Source of the DNA: Candidatus Abyssobacteria bacterium SURF_17
GTDB taxonomy: Bacteria; Abyssobacteria; SURF-5
DNA length: 64,000 nucleotides
Assembly (NCBI GenBank): GCA_003598055.1
Contig: QZKI01000121.1
Span: 7,102-71,101, forward strand
Direction: 5' to 3'
The translations under genes were made by a program, and so were the position numbers. A model generated the notes under the pieces. It searched no databases. It saw only the letters and a list, made by a program, of their open reading frames with translations, and was not told the origin of the DNA. Positions 1-9,743 of this stretch are shown in pieces (the stretch's first letter is position 1; each line of letters opens with the position of its first letter).

Positions 1-639
1 GGCGACATATTGGCCATGTGCCAACATATACCCTCACCGATGACCGCTTTCGACGGATTTATCCTGATGGCTCCAATTGTGACGCTCCGGGGCATGCCGG
101 AGATTGTGGATTTCTATGAATTGCTCAAGGCCGAGTTGGAAGAGCGGATGACGCAGGGCATCGCAGCCATCCCGGGCGAGCGCTATCGCATCTTGTGGGA
201 TAATCTGCCGGTATGGTTCAAACTCCGCGATTTGTCGGAGAGATTCCTGAAGTTGAAGACATGCATCGCCGCCTCTACCTACGTGAGCGGATGGGCCTCG
301 TACGAACTCGATGGGAAAGAGCCGATTGATGCAATCGCGCGGGCATACTCGTGCGCATTCATCAACCGGAGCATCGAGTACCGTGCGGAGATGCTCCGGC
401 ACCTCGTCGAGGATTACTCGATTGACGGAATAATATTCCACTCGAACCGAAGCTGCAGACCATACTCGCTTGGACAGTACGACATGAAAGAGATGTTGTG
501 GGAGCGCGCGCGGGTACCGAGCGTTTTGGTCGAAGCGGACATGAACGATGAACGCACATTTGCGGAGGGGCCGGTTCTCACTCGCATCGAGGCATTCATA
601 GAAACACTCGAGCCGAAACGGGCCGTGGGAGCAGCGTAG
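1..639 (+). CDS. 2-hydroxyacyl-CoA dehydratase / benzoyl-CoA reductase-like subunit (HgdA/B, BcrB family), 5' truncated by window edge
   Basis: Frame open from base 1; RILWDNLPVW, DGIIFHSNRSCRPYSLGQ and EADMNDER...TRIEAFIE match the HGD-D family. Confidence 0.85.
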   Translation, partial: GDILAMCQHIPSPMTAFDGFILMAPIVTLRGMPEIVDFYELLKAELEERMTQGIAAIPGERYRILWDNLPVWFKLRDLSERFLKLKTCIAASTYVSGWASYELDGKEPIDAIARAYSCAFINRSIEYRAEMLRHLVEDYSIDGIIFHSNRSCRPYSLGQYDMKEMLWERARVPSVLVEADMNDERTFAEGPVLTRIEAFIETLEPKRAVGAA

Positions 640-666
640 CGGCCTTCTAATCGTGCTTTTGTGGGT

Positions 667-704
667 TTTCTGTAGGGGCGCAGCATGCTGCGCCCCTACA
701 GAAA
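667..704. repeat. Perfect 38-bp palindrome, GTAG-type REP-like element
   Basis: tttctgtaggggcgcagca|tgctgcgcccctacagaaa is its own reverse complement; contains a GTAGGGGCG...CGCCCCTAC core. Confidence 0.8.
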
Positions 705-786
705 GATATGCGCCTGTACTTGCAAACACAGTTATGCAAAACTCGAGCTTGCGTATCGAACTTCACCTCGCAACTCATTTAAGAAG

Positions 787-859
787 AATCCCCCTCCCCC
801 CTTTGCCAAAGGGGGAATAATCGCCTCCCCCTTTGAAAAAGGGGGACTGAGGGGGATTT
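787..859. repeat. CCCCCTTT-nn-AAAGGGGG double-hairpin intergenic repeat
   Basis: aatccccct...ccccctttgccaaaggggg...ccccctttgaaaaaggggg...agggggatt: two nested hairpins inside terminal inverted repeats. Confidence 0.7.
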
Positions 860-915
860 GAGCTGAGAAAGATGTAACGCAAATCTATGCAAGATAGGAC
901 GAGCGGGAGGAGTCG

Positions 916-2052
916 ATGAGTTTTCAGTTGACCGAAGAGCAGGAAAGCCTGCGGCGAACCGTTCAGAAATTCGCCGAGAAGGAAATCGCGCCGATAGCCG
1001 CGGAGGCCGAAGAGAAGGCGGAATTCCATCGCGAGATTTTTGAGAAGCTTGCCGACATCGGCCTGCTCGGCATCGCGTGCCCGGAAGAATACGGCGGCGC
1101 TGGCCTCGACTATTCCACGTACATAGTCGTGGTTGAAGAAATTGCCAAACACTGTCTCGCCACCGCAGTCGGGCTCGGCGTGCAGAATCTCCCTCAGATA
1201 ATGATAGACCGCTTCGGCACCAAGGAGCAGAAGGAGAAATACCTCTCGCCGTTGTCTTCAGGCAAGAAGCTGGGCGCGTTCGCGCTGACCGAGCCCGGAG
1301 CAGGCTCGGACGCGTCCTCGCTCAAGACGAGTGCAGTTCGCGACGGCGACGGTTATGTTTTGAACGGGACAAAGGTGTTCATCACTCACGGCGGCGTGGC
1401 CGATATTTACCTCGTGATGGCGAAGACGCAGCCTGAGAAGGGGGCACACGGCATCAGTTCATTCATCGTGGAGGACGGTACGCCAGGGTTCTCGTTTGGG
1501 AAAGTTGAAAAAAAGATGGGACTCCGGGCATCGCCGACTCGCGAAATCATTTTCGAGGATTGCCGCATCCCGCGCGAGAGCCTCGTCGGCAAGGAAGGAG
1601 ACGGTTTCAAGATTGCCATGATAGCGCTCGATTCGGGGCGCATTACCATCGGCGCAGCAGCAGTCGGAGTCGCTCAGGCGGCGCTCAATGAAGCAGTAAA
1701 ATATGCAAAGCAGCGCGAGCAGTTCGGCCAGCCGATAGCGAGTTTTCAGGGCATACAGTTCATGCTTGCGGACATGGCCACTTCGATTCGGGCGGCGCGC
1801 AATCTGGTTCGCGAGGCCGCGTATCTGAAGGACAGCGGCCAAGCGTTCTCGCATGTGGCCGCAATGGCGAAGCTGTACGCGACCGATACCGCGATGAAGG
1901 TGACGACGGATGCCGTCCAGATTTTCGGCGGGTACGGTTACATGCAGGATTATCCGGTCGAACGGTTGATGCGCGCGGCGAAGGTGACGCAGATTGTCGA
2001 AGGCACAAACCAGATTCAGCGTATGGTTATTGCCCGGAATTTGTTGAAATGA
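916..2052 (+). CDS. Acyl-CoA dehydrogenase (butyryl-CoA dehydrogenase-like)
   Basis: FALTEPGAGSD, LNGTKVFIT, REQFGQPI, QIFGGYGY, IVEGTNQIQR motifs; GGAGG RBS. Confidence 0.95.
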   Translation: MSFQLTEEQESLRRTVQKFAEKEIAPIAAEAEEKAEFHREIFEKLADIGLLGIACPEEYGGAGLDYSTYIVVVEEIAKHCLATAVGLGVQNLPQIMIDRFGTKEQKEKYLSPLSSGKKLGAFALTEPGAGSDASSLKTSAVRDGDGYVLNGTKVFITHGGVADIYLVMAKTQPEKGAHGISSFIVEDGTPGFSFGKVEKKMGLRASPTREIIFEDCRIPRESLVGKEGDGFKIAMIALDSGRITIGAAAVGVAQAALNEAVKYAKQREQFGQPIASFQGIQFMLADMATSIRAARNLVREAAYLKDSGQAFSHVAAMAKLYATDTAMKVTTDAVQIFGGYGYMQDYPVERLMRAAKVTQIVEGTNQIQRMVIARNLLK

Positions 2053-2071
2053 AGCGGGGGAAAGCAGCATC

Positions 2072-2824
2072 ATGAAGGGCTTGATTGAGACGACAGCCGA
2101 AAAAATAGCGACGGCCAATAAGGTAGTCGCGCTTACGGGCGCGGGGATTTCTGTCGATAGCGGCATTCCCGCGTTCAGGGGCGCGCAAGGGCTGTGGGAC
2201 AGGTATGACCCAATGGAATATGCGACCATTCACGCTTTCCTTTCCAATCCGGTGAAAGTGTGGAAGATGCTTCGCGAACTCGGGGAAATCGTCGGCGACG
2301 CAAAGCCGAACGCGGGGCATCTGGGTCTCGCCGAGCTCGAGACACTCGGCAAACTGAGCAGCGTCGTCACGCAGAATGTGGACGGACTGCATCAGGCCGC
2401 GGGAAACTCGTGCGTCATCGAGTTTCACGGAAACGGCCGCAAGCTCGTATGTCTTTCGTGCAAGCGGAAATATGACCGCGAGGACATGCCCGCCGACGCG
2501 TTCCCGCCAATGTGTGCTTGCCTTAATATTCTCAAGCCCGACGTTGTTTTCTTCGGTGAGATGATTCCCATGGAGGCATTTGTGGCGGCGCAGGCGGAGG
2601 CAGAGGGCTGCGACGTCATGATGGTAGTCGGCACGTCTGCGCAGGTGGAGCCGGCAGCGAGCTTGCCATATGTGGCCAAATCGCACGGCGCGACAATCGT
2701 TGAGGTTAATCCCGAGCCCACGCCGCTGACCCACACTCTCGCCGATATAGCGATTCATGAGAGCGCGACGACGGCGATGCCAGTGTTGGCGGCGGCAGTC
2801 AGAAAATTGTTGCAACAGATGTAG
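2072..2824 (+). CDS. cobB: NAD-dependent protein deacylase (sirtuin)
   Basis: GAGISVDSGIPAFRG, TQNVDGLH, EFHG, Zn-binding Cys, KPDVVFFGE, VGTS motifs. Confidence 0.93.
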   Translation: MKGLIETTAEKIATANKVVALTGAGISVDSGIPAFRGAQGLWDRYDPMEYATIHAFLSNPVKVWKMLRELGEIVGDAKPNAGHLGLAELETLGKLSSVVTQNVDGLHQAAGNSCVIEFHGNGRKLVCLSCKRKYDREDMPADAFPPMCACLNILKPDVVFFGEMIPMEAFVAAQAEAEGCDVMMVVGTSAQVEPAASLPYVAKSHGATIVEVNPEPTPLTHTLADIAIHESATTAMPVLAAAVRKLLQQM

Positions 2825-2887
2825 CGTCATTCATTTCCATCAACGAGACACAGTAGTGCGGAGGCGAATACTTGCGGGAGGATTCAG

Positions 2888-3427
2888 ATGGACACACTCG
2901 AAGCAATCAAGACTCGGCGCAGCATCAGACAATACAAGGACACGCCGGTCACGGATGAACAATTGAAGGCAGTGCTCGAGGCCGTTCAGTGGGCTCCTTC
3001 GTGGGCAAACACGCAATGCTGGGAACTGGTCCTGGTGCGTGACCCTGCCGTTAAAGAGAAACTTGCGGGAACGCTGGCGCCGGGCAATCCATCGACTGAC
3101 GCCATTAAGAAGGCGCCAATTGTCATTGTCGCATGCGCGAAGAAGGGTCAGGCCGGATATTATAAAGGTCAGGCCATCACGAGCAAGGGTGATTGGCTCA
3201 TGTACGATATGGGGCTTGCGATGCAGAATTTGTGCCTTGCTGCCCAATCACTCGGGCTCGGCACGGTCCACATCGGCGCGTTTGTCCCAGAGGACGCGGA
3301 GAAGGTAGTCGGTGTGCCCGAGGGAGTAACCGTTGTCGCGATGACGCCGCTTGGCGTGCCAGCGGCCGAGAGCCGTGCGCCAAAGCGGCGTGCAATCGAG
3401 GAATTCGTTCATCACGATAAGTACTAA
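2888..3427 (+). CDS. Nitroreductase family protein
   Basis: RRSIRQY, APSWANTQCW, QNLCLAAQSLGLGT motifs. Confidence 0.92.
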   Translation: MDTLEAIKTRRSIRQYKDTPVTDEQLKAVLEAVQWAPSWANTQCWELVLVRDPAVKEKLAGTLAPGNPSTDAIKKAPIVIVACAKKGQAGYYKGQAITSKGDWLMYDMGLAMQNLCLAAQSLGLGTVHIGAFVPEDAEKVVGVPEGVTVVAMTPLGVPAAESRAPKRRAIEEFVHHDKY

Positions 3428-3472
3428 CTGCCACGTTTCGAGAATCCCATAGCATTCAGTTGGGAAGCGCAC

Positions 3473-3497
3473 GGGCGACCCATCGGGTCGCCCCTAC
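3473..3497 (-). repeat. GTAG-type REP hairpin
   Basis: Minus strand reads GTAG-GGGCGACCC-gat-GGGTCGCCC, same core as the element at 667-704. Confidence 0.7.
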
Positions 3498-3547
3498 GGC
3501 TCTGCATGTTGGCCGGCAAGGGACATGCTGAGGTTAACTAGGAATCC

Positions 3548-4318
3548 ATGAAAAGGCTCAATCCTGAGAAAACGGCGGCGTTTCAATTCGAGCGGGGGCC
3601 GGTCGGTTGTTTGCTCACGCACGGCTTCACGGGCTCGCCGTTCGAGATGCGCGAGCTGGGTGAATACCTGGCAGGCAAAGGGCTAACGGTTCTGGGCAAG
3701 CCGCTCCCCGGGCACGGGACGTCCCCACATGATATGCTTCGCACGAATTGGTATGATTGGTATCATGCATGCGTTGAAAACCTTGCGGAGCTGAACGCCA
3801 GATGCGAGAAGGTGTTCCTTTGCGGCATGTCCATGGGCGGAACGCTCAGCCTGCACGTGGCTGCCCACTATGCGAGTCGATACAACATTGCCGGAGTCGC
3901 CGCGTACGCCGCTCCGCTCTACCTGAAAAACCCGCTGCTGCCTGTTCTGCCGGTCGCGAAGAGATTCATGAAGTTCAAGCCGCCGTCGGAAAGCGATGTT
4001 GCTGACCCCGTGGCTCGTGACCGGCAAGAAAGTTACGACCGCGTTCCCCTCGAGTGTATCTCATCGCTTCTCGAATTGCTCGCCCATGTGAAACATGATT
4101 TGCAGGACATCACCGTGCCGGTGCTCCTGGTCCAAAGCACGAAGGACAACACGGTTCACCCGCCAAATGTTCGCCTTATCCACAAGCTGCTTGGCAGCCG
4201 TGACAAGACTCTGGTCGAGGTGGAGAAATCCTACCACGTTGTGACCGTGGATTATGATAAAGAGCTCGTGAAGGAGAAGACGTACGAGTTCATCCGGCGC
4301 GTCGGAAACCTCGTATGA
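3548..4318 (+). CDS. Alpha/beta hydrolase, carboxylesterase/monoacylglycerol lipase (YvaK/Est30-like)
   Basis: HGFTG oxyanion loop, GMSMGG nucleophile elbow, Asp (KDNTV) and His (SYHV). Confidence 0.9.
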   Translation: MKRLNPEKTAAFQFERGPVGCLLTHGFTGSPFEMRELGEYLAGKGLTVLGKPLPGHGTSPHDMLRTNWYDWYHACVENLAELNARCEKVFLCGMSMGGTLSLHVAAHYASRYNIAGVAAYAAPLYLKNPLLPVLPVAKRFMKFKPPSESDVADPVARDRQESYDRVPLECISSLLELLAHVKHDLQDITVPVLLVQSTKDNTVHPPNVRLIHKLLGSRDKTLVEVEKSYHVVTVDYDKELVKEKTYEFIRRVGNLV

Positions 4319-5307
4319 GTGAGCCTGCTGAAAGACTTCTCGCCCGCCTTGGCATTCATCGCATCGAGACGCCGAGCCCGTTCTCGGCCGTCACAACCAA
4401 TTCCTACTTCATCGATGGCGACGAGCCGACGCTCATAGATTCCGGCCTGGCCACCGAAGAGGCATACGAGTCGGTCCTTGCCGGACTCGCGCACATTGGA
4501 CGAAAGATCGCCGACATCAAACGGATTATCCTGACGCATGGCCATGCCGACCATAGGGCGCTGGCGCCGCGGATCGTCGAGGAAACGGGCGCGGAAGCGT
4601 TCTGCCACCCTTTAGAAATTGGAAAGGTTACTTACGTCTCTCAGGAGCAAAAGACGCGTGTCAACAGCGAGGCGACAGCGTTCTTCCGCACGATGGGAGT
4701 TCCTGAGGAATCTATTCCTGCGCTTGTCGAGGGGCCGAAGAGCCCAACCATCAAGCCACGACTTAAACATGTCTCGTTTCTTAATGACGCCGAGGAAATC
4801 CAGCTTGGAATGGTCAGTCTGCAGGTGCTCCATACGCCGGGACATTCGTCCGGCTCAATCTGCCTCTATGAACCCGATAATCGACTGCTGTTCACCGGCG
4901 ACACGTTGCTCCCAACCTCCCGAATCACCGCACTGATTGAGCTTGACATGCTCCTCAAGAATCCGGAGTATGACCCGCTTAAGCAACATCTTGAAAGTCT
5001 CCAGCGACTGTTTACCTTGCAAGCAGCACATGTGCTTCCCGGTCATGGAGAAGACTTCCATGAGTACGAATCGGTCGTGCGCGAACTTGGCGACCGCCAT
5101 GAGAAGAGGCAGCGCCATATTCTGCGTGCGCTCCGGCACGAACCACGCACGCTCTATGAAATTTGCCGGTCAGTCTTCTTGTTCGCATCTCCCGACGACC
5201 TCTTTCTCGCCCTCAGCGAGGTGCTGGGAAACATCCAAATCCTATTGCAGAAAAGGATAGTGACGGAACACTATCGGGAACGCATAGCGTACTACGAAAA
5301 AGCATAA
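4315..5307 (+). CDS. MBL-fold metallo-hydrolase
   Basis: THGHADH, TPGHS, FTGD, PGHG motifs; ATGA overlap with upstream gene. Confidence 0.9.
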   Translation: MSEPAERLLARLGIHRIETPSPFSAVTTNSYFIDGDEPTLIDSGLATEEAYESVLAGLAHIGRKIADIKRIILTHGHADHRALAPRIVEETGAEAFCHPLEIGKVTYVSQEQKTRVNSEATAFFRTMGVPEESIPALVEGPKSPTIKPRLKHVSFLNDAEEIQLGMVSLQVLHTPGHSSGSICLYEPDNRLLFTGDTLLPTSRITALIELDMLLKNPEYDPLKQHLESLQRLFTLQAAHVLPGHGEDFHEYESVVRELGDRHEKRQRHILRALRHEPRTLYEICRSVFLFASPDDLFLALSEVLGNIQILLQKRIVTEHYRERIAYYEKA

Positions 5308-5500
5308 TTTCTTTCCGCCGGCATGAGAACCCCTGGCGAACGAGCATCCTCACAAGGATATGTCTGCGATTCGTTCAAGGTACTGCACACTTCATCCAGA
5401 GGCGAAAGCGCGGCATTACTGCCCACATTGCATGCGGTTTCTGTGTGAAGCATGCATCGAAGAGTTGCCGTAATAATTTTCAAGCCAATTCTCATTCCTC

Positions 5501-5550
5501 TTGACAAATCCCCAAAGCCATTGTATACTGTATTACAACAGTAGACAGTA
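5501..5550 (+). promoter_or_regulatory. Sigma70 promoter with overlapping YtrA-type operator
   Basis: TTGACA (5501-5506), 17-bp spacer, TATACT (5524-5529); imperfect inverted repeat TACTGTATTAC-aaca-GTAGACAGTA at 5526-5550. Confidence 0.75.
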
Positions 5551-5577
5551 AATTCAATTGCATTCAGGGACTATACC

Positions 5578-5988
5578 ATGCTTCTCAATATCAGCCATGT
5601 CGACGGCGTGCCCATTTACTTCCAGATAGCACGCGAGATCAAGCACTCGATAGCCGTGGGTTCGCTGCGACCCGGCGAGCAGCTTCCGTCCGTTCGCGAG
5701 ATTGCCGCGCAGATTACGGTAAACCCGAATACGGTCGCCAAGGCGTATCGCGAACTTGAAGCGGAAGGAATCGTCGAAACCAGGCGAGGGACCGGCACTT
5801 TCGTTTCAGAGCAGAGAGTCGCCATCTCGAGAGAAGAACGGGCTCAAATGGTAGGCAAGCTGATAGACAGAGCACTCGATGAGGCCAACCATTTGCGGAT
5901 GGACAAGAGCGAGTTGAAGCGTCTTTTTCTCGAAAGAATCAGAGCATTCAAGAGGGAAAGCGAGGAAAACCGGGAGGCCGGGAAATGA
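5578..5988 (+). CDS. GntR family transcriptional regulator, YtrA subfamily
   Basis: PIYFQI...LPSVRE...VNPNTVAKAYRELE...RGTGTFV; short C-terminus; precedes ABC ATPase. Confidence 0.92.
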   Translation: MLLNISHVDGVPIYFQIAREIKHSIAVGSLRPGEQLPSVREIAAQITVNPNTVAKAYRELEAEGIVETRRGTGTFVSEQRVAISREERAQMVGKLIDRALDEANHLRMDKSELKRLFLERIRAFKRESEENREAGK

Positions 5989-6872
5989 ATGCTTTCGCCA
6001 TCGAGACGAACAAGTTGACCAAGAGATTTGGCTCGGTGTTCGCGGTGAATGAGCTCGACCTCCAGGTTCGTGTGGGAAGCGTGTTCGGTTTTCTCGGCAG
6101 AAATGGAGCGGGCAAGACAACCACCATCAAGACGCTGCTCGGCCTCATCAAGCCCACTTCCGGCTCCGTCCACGTGCTCGGCATGGACCCGATAAAGGAC
6201 GGCATCGAGGTAAAACAGCGGGTCGGATATGTGGCCGAGAACCAGAAGATGTATGACTGGATGAAGGTGAAGGAAATCATCCGATTCACTTCCGGTTTCT
6301 ATCGCGATTGGGATGCTGCTATCGCCGCCGACTTTTGCAAACGCTTTGAGCTCAACCCATCCGCGAAAGTCGGAAGTCTCTCGAAAGGTCAGCAGATGCG
6401 CCTGGCGCTGATGCTCGCGCTCTCTTCGCGGCCGCAACTGCTCATCCTGGACGACCCGACGATGGGGCTCGACCCAATCACGAGAAAGGAATTTCTCAAC
6501 GACATCGTCATGGCGCTTCAGGAAGAGGGCAGGACGGTCTTCTTCTCCACCCACATCTTGAGCGAACTCGAACGGGTTGCCGACACCGTCGCAATCATTG
6601 ACCGCGGAAAGCTGAAAGTTGCGGGCGAAATCGACTTGCTGAAGACTACGGTGAAGAGCGTTCGCCTCACGTTCGAGAATTCTCCACCGAACGATATCCT
6701 TATTGACGGCCTGCTGAGAGTGCAATCCGATGGGCGGGATTGCCTTCTCACGTTGACCGATTTCAGTGAGGACAAGCTCGGCCAACTGAAACAGCGATAC
6801 CAGCCGATGCGCGCGGAAGTCTGCAACCTCAGTCTGGATGAGATTTTTGCCGAATACGTTCTGAGCCGATAG
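5985..6872 (+). CDS. ABC-2 exporter ATP-binding protein (YtrB-like)
   Basis: Walker A GRNGAGKT, signature LSKGQ, Walker B variant LILDDP, STH switch. Confidence 0.93.
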   Translation: MNAFAIETNKLTKRFGSVFAVNELDLQVRVGSVFGFLGRNGAGKTTTIKTLLGLIKPTSGSVHVLGMDPIKDGIEVKQRVGYVAENQKMYDWMKVKEIIRFTSGFYRDWDAAIAADFCKRFELNPSAKVGSLSKGQQMRLALMLALSSRPQLLILDDPTMGLDPITRKEFLNDIVMALQEEGRTVFFSTHILSELERVADTVAIIDRGKLKVAGEIDLLKTTVKSVRLTFENSPPNDILIDGLLRVQSDGRDCLLTLTDFSEDKLGQLKQRYQPMRAEVCNLSLDEIFAEYVLSR

Positions 6873-6905
6873 GAGACATGGCGTAGCGCAGCCGGACCAA
6901 CCATC

Positions 6906-7008
6906 GTCATTGCGAGGAGCGTAGGGTCGCAGACCCAGGCGACGAAGCAATCTCTGCATCATATTGAGATTGCTTCGCTCGGGCTTACGGCCCTTCGCTC
7001 GCAATGAC
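6906..7008. repeat. GTCATTGCGAG...CTCGCAATGAC palindromic element, copy 1 (MITE/RPE-like)
   Basis: 11-bp terminal inverted repeats, inner GAAGCAATCTC/GAGATTGCTTC pair; near-identical to 11957-12091. Confidence 0.8.
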
Positions 7009-7061
7009 TGTGTATCGGAAAGCACGACGAGAGTTCAAGATTTCGAAAGTGAGTAGTGCAG

Positions 7062-7691
7062 ATGCTCTGGTGGAAGGAATGGCGCGAGACAAGATTCGGA
7101 TTCTTGACCGCGCTGTTCTTCATCACAGGACTTGTGTGGACGCTCCCTCCCACAATAACCTTGTTGGATGAATATTGGCTGGGCATATTCCTCATGGCAT
7201 ACACAATCGGGATGGCGGTGATTCTCGGCTCAGGCGCAGTGGCAGCCGAGATAGATGCCGATACGATGCAGTTCATAATGTCCAAGCCAGCCAGAAGATG
7301 GAGCATCATTGGAACAAAATATGCGGTGCGATTGACCGAGACTGCCGCCGCTTTCATCGTTCCTGTACTCATCCAGATAAACCGAGATAATGTCGAAATG
7401 TGGATGTGGGTTCCACCCTACCTGTTCCTTAAGTACATCGCTTGCGCGACCCTTTCTGTCGTTTTCGCGTTCTCTATAACATTTCTGTTCTCAGTCATTT
7501 TCAGGAAACAGGCGCTTTGCGCTTTGGCCGGAATAAGTGCATTGCTCGCTTATCTTGGAGGTCGCGCAATGGATGTATTGAAGCAAGTGTACGAATCGCA
7601 GCCCATAGATTTGGAACTCTATGTTCTCACGACGCTCTGTGCGGCGGCTTTTCTCGCAAGCCTAATTCTGTTCAAGAATAAAGAGGTCTGA
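7062..7691 (+). CDS. ABC-2 transporter permease
   Basis: Multiple TM segments; AAEIDADTMQFIMSKPARRWSIIGTKY permease motif; starts MLWWKEWRE (GTG 7056 is an alternative start). Confidence 0.85.
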   Translation: MLWWKEWRETRFGFLTALFFITGLVWTLPPTITLLDEYWLGIFLMAYTIGMAVILGSGAVAAEIDADTMQFIMSKPARRWSIIGTKYAVRLTETAAAFIVPVLIQINRDNVEMWMWVPPYLFLKYIACATLSVVFAFSITFLFSVIFRKQALCALAGISALLAYLGGRAMDVLKQVYESQPIDLELYVLTTLCAAAFLASLILFKNKEV

Positions 7692-7692
7692 A

Positions 7693-9741
7693 ATGCTCTT
7701 CTGGAAAGAGTGGCGCGAGATTCTGTGGCTGGTTGTCCTGTCGCCTGTAGCGCTCTGCGCCATCTCATTTATCAGATGGGAAGGTTGGCGCCCGGAGTTT
7801 TATGAGTTCCAATTCTGGGTCAATGCAATATTGTTCCTCCCGCTCGCTGCCCTCTTCTTAGGAGCAGGAGCCATGGCAGCAGAACGAGAGAGGGGAACAT
7901 TTGATTCATTACTCGCGAGGCCTGTCAGCCTGCTGAGGGTCTTTGTGGCCAAATTTGTGGTCAGGTTTGTGGCTGTCTTCCTCGTATTGCTGACCTCGGG
8001 CGTTCTATTCTGTCTTCTCAGACCCACGCACAACATTGAGATAATTGACCTTGTAAAAGGGTTCGCCGTTTTCCTTTCAGGCTTGTTCTTCCTATTGGCC
8101 ATATCCTTGTGCGCTTCGTGCCTCAGCGACACGCAGGGGAAAGCTTTCATCGCCAGCATTACCACGCTTTTGGCATTGATTTTCGTTATTAATTACACGC
8201 CATTCTTCAAATATACATGGTGGTGGAGAAGCTCGAGCGGACCGACGTGGGTCGAGTATGCGGCGTTCTATGTAAGCCTCTCGATACCAGCGCTGATGGT
8301 CGGCGGCACAATCTTCATGCAACAGGCAGCACTGCACTATAGATGGAGAGTCCTGGCGGTCGTCGCAGTCATACTCGTCCTCATTTTCGTACGGTCGGTT
8401 TCCACAACCTTCTCGTTGTTTGCAGGAGCGGCGAGCTCAGGCGACCTGGAACTCGTTCAGCTCGCCAGGAGCCCCGTGTACGATATTCTGGCAAAGATTT
8501 CTTCCTTCCAGAATACAGCACGCTCGCAGCAATTGAGAGAATTCCTGGTAGTCGCCACCCGCAACGGTATCGAGCGTGACCTGATAAAAGAACTCTCAAA
8601 CAGCGACCCAAAGATTCGGGCGATGGCCATTCACATTCTAGAAATGCGAAAATCGGCACAGGCCGCTCCCGCCGTGACGCCGCTCTTGAAGGACCAGGAC
8701 AGGGAGGTGAGGTATTGCGCCACGATGTTTGTCCAATCCCTAAAATATGAGGAGGCAATGCCGGCGCTTCTCGGCCTACTCGACGACCCGGTGAGCAGCG
8801 TCAGAGAGCGAGCGGTTTCTGCCTTGGCGGAAATCGAAGGAAAGGACGCAGGCCCGAGAATAATGCCGCTTCTCGACGACGAGAATCCAAGAGTGCGGGT
8901 AGCGGCCGCATTATCGCTAGGTCGTATGGACTATGGAGAAGCCGCGGACAAGATTGCGATGATGATGTTTCAAGACCCCGTGGACTATGTAAGACGCCAG
9001 GCTGCAATTTCGCTTCGATACTTGAAAAGCTCGCCGGCCTGTGATGCACTGATTCAGGCACTTGAGGATGACGACTCCAGACTGGTGGAAAATGTGGTTT
9101 ATTCCCTTGGAGAACTACGATGCGAGGCGGCTGTCGGGCCTTTGGTGGACGGACTGCGAACACATCTCCATGTTGCGCAGGCGCTGAAAGAAGCAAGAAG
9201 GCGCGGCCAAGAGCATCCTCTTCGGCCGAAGTATGGACACGGTAAGGTAGAAATTCCGGAGTTGGGATTCTCCGCCAGATATATTGCGGCCATGTACCCG
9301 TCGATACTTGCGACTCTTGTGAAGATAGATAGTCCGGCTGTCAAGCAAGCTCTCAGACAACTCTTCACCGATTTTGACCGCTTTCCCCAACTCAAGTTAC
9401 AGGCGGCGATTGCGCTTGCCGAGCTGGGTGACGCTACGGGGATCCCATACATAAGGGAACGATTGGCCGAGGACGCCAGCCAGCAGAAGCCAGGCTGGGA
9501 AATGAGGGAGCATGCGATGAGGCTTGCGAAGGCAGGAGAATACTCCGCCGTTCCTTTGCTTATTCCATATTTGGACGAAGGGTGGCCCGAGGAAAGATAT
9601 ATGTATGGCCAAATTCTGGAAGAGCTGACCGGGAAGAAGTATGGCTGGGATTCGAAGAGATGGAGGAAATGGTGGGAAAAGAACAAAGATGAGCTTCTGA
9701 GCAAACCGTTTGAGGCCAAGGACGAACACAGGAGGGGATAA
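7693..9741 (+). CDS. ABC-2 permease fused to HEAT-repeat domain
   Basis: N-terminal TM region with AERERGTFDSLLARPVS; tandem LLxDxxxxVRxxA HEAT repeats; C-terminal LTGKKYGWDSKRWRKWW motif. Confidence 0.82.
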   Translation: MLFWKEWREILWLVVLSPVALCAISFIRWEGWRPEFYEFQFWVNAILFLPLAALFLGAGAMAAERERGTFDSLLARPVSLLRVFVAKFVVRFVAVFLVLLTSGVLFCLLRPTHNIEIIDLVKGFAVFLSGLFFLLAISLCASCLSDTQGKAFIASITTLLALIFVINYTPFFKYTWWWRSSSGPTWVEYAAFYVSLSIPALMVGGTIFMQQAALHYRWRVLAVVAVILVLIFVRSVSTTFSLFAGAASSGDLELVQLARSPVYDILAKISSFQNTARSQQLREFLVVATRNGIERDLIKELSNSDPKIRAMAIHILEMRKSAQAAPAVTPLLKDQDREVRYCATMFVQSLKYEEAMPALLGLLDDPVSSVRERAVSALAEIEGKDAGPRIMPLLDDENPRVRVAAALSLGRMDYGEAADKIAMMMFQDPVDYVRRQAAISLRYLKSSPACDALIQALEDDDSRLVENVVYSLGELRCEAAVGPLVDGLRTHLHVAQALKEARRRGQEHPLRPKYGHGKVEIPELGFSARYIAAMYPSILATLVKIDSPAVKQALRQLFTDFDRFPQLKLQAAIALAELGDATGIPYIRERLAEDASQQKPGWEMREHAMRLAKAGEYSAVPLLIPYLDEGWPEERYMYGQILEELTGKKYGWDSKRWRKWWEKNKDELLSKPFEAKDEHRRG

Positions 9742-9743
9742 CA

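Noticed and set aside
6871-6886. Met-Ala-stop mini-ORF after AGGAG
   Set aside because: SD-to-ATG spacing of only 2 nt; likely chance
5844-7025. 393-aa minus-strand ORF
   Set aside because: Antisense shadow of the ABC ATPase gene
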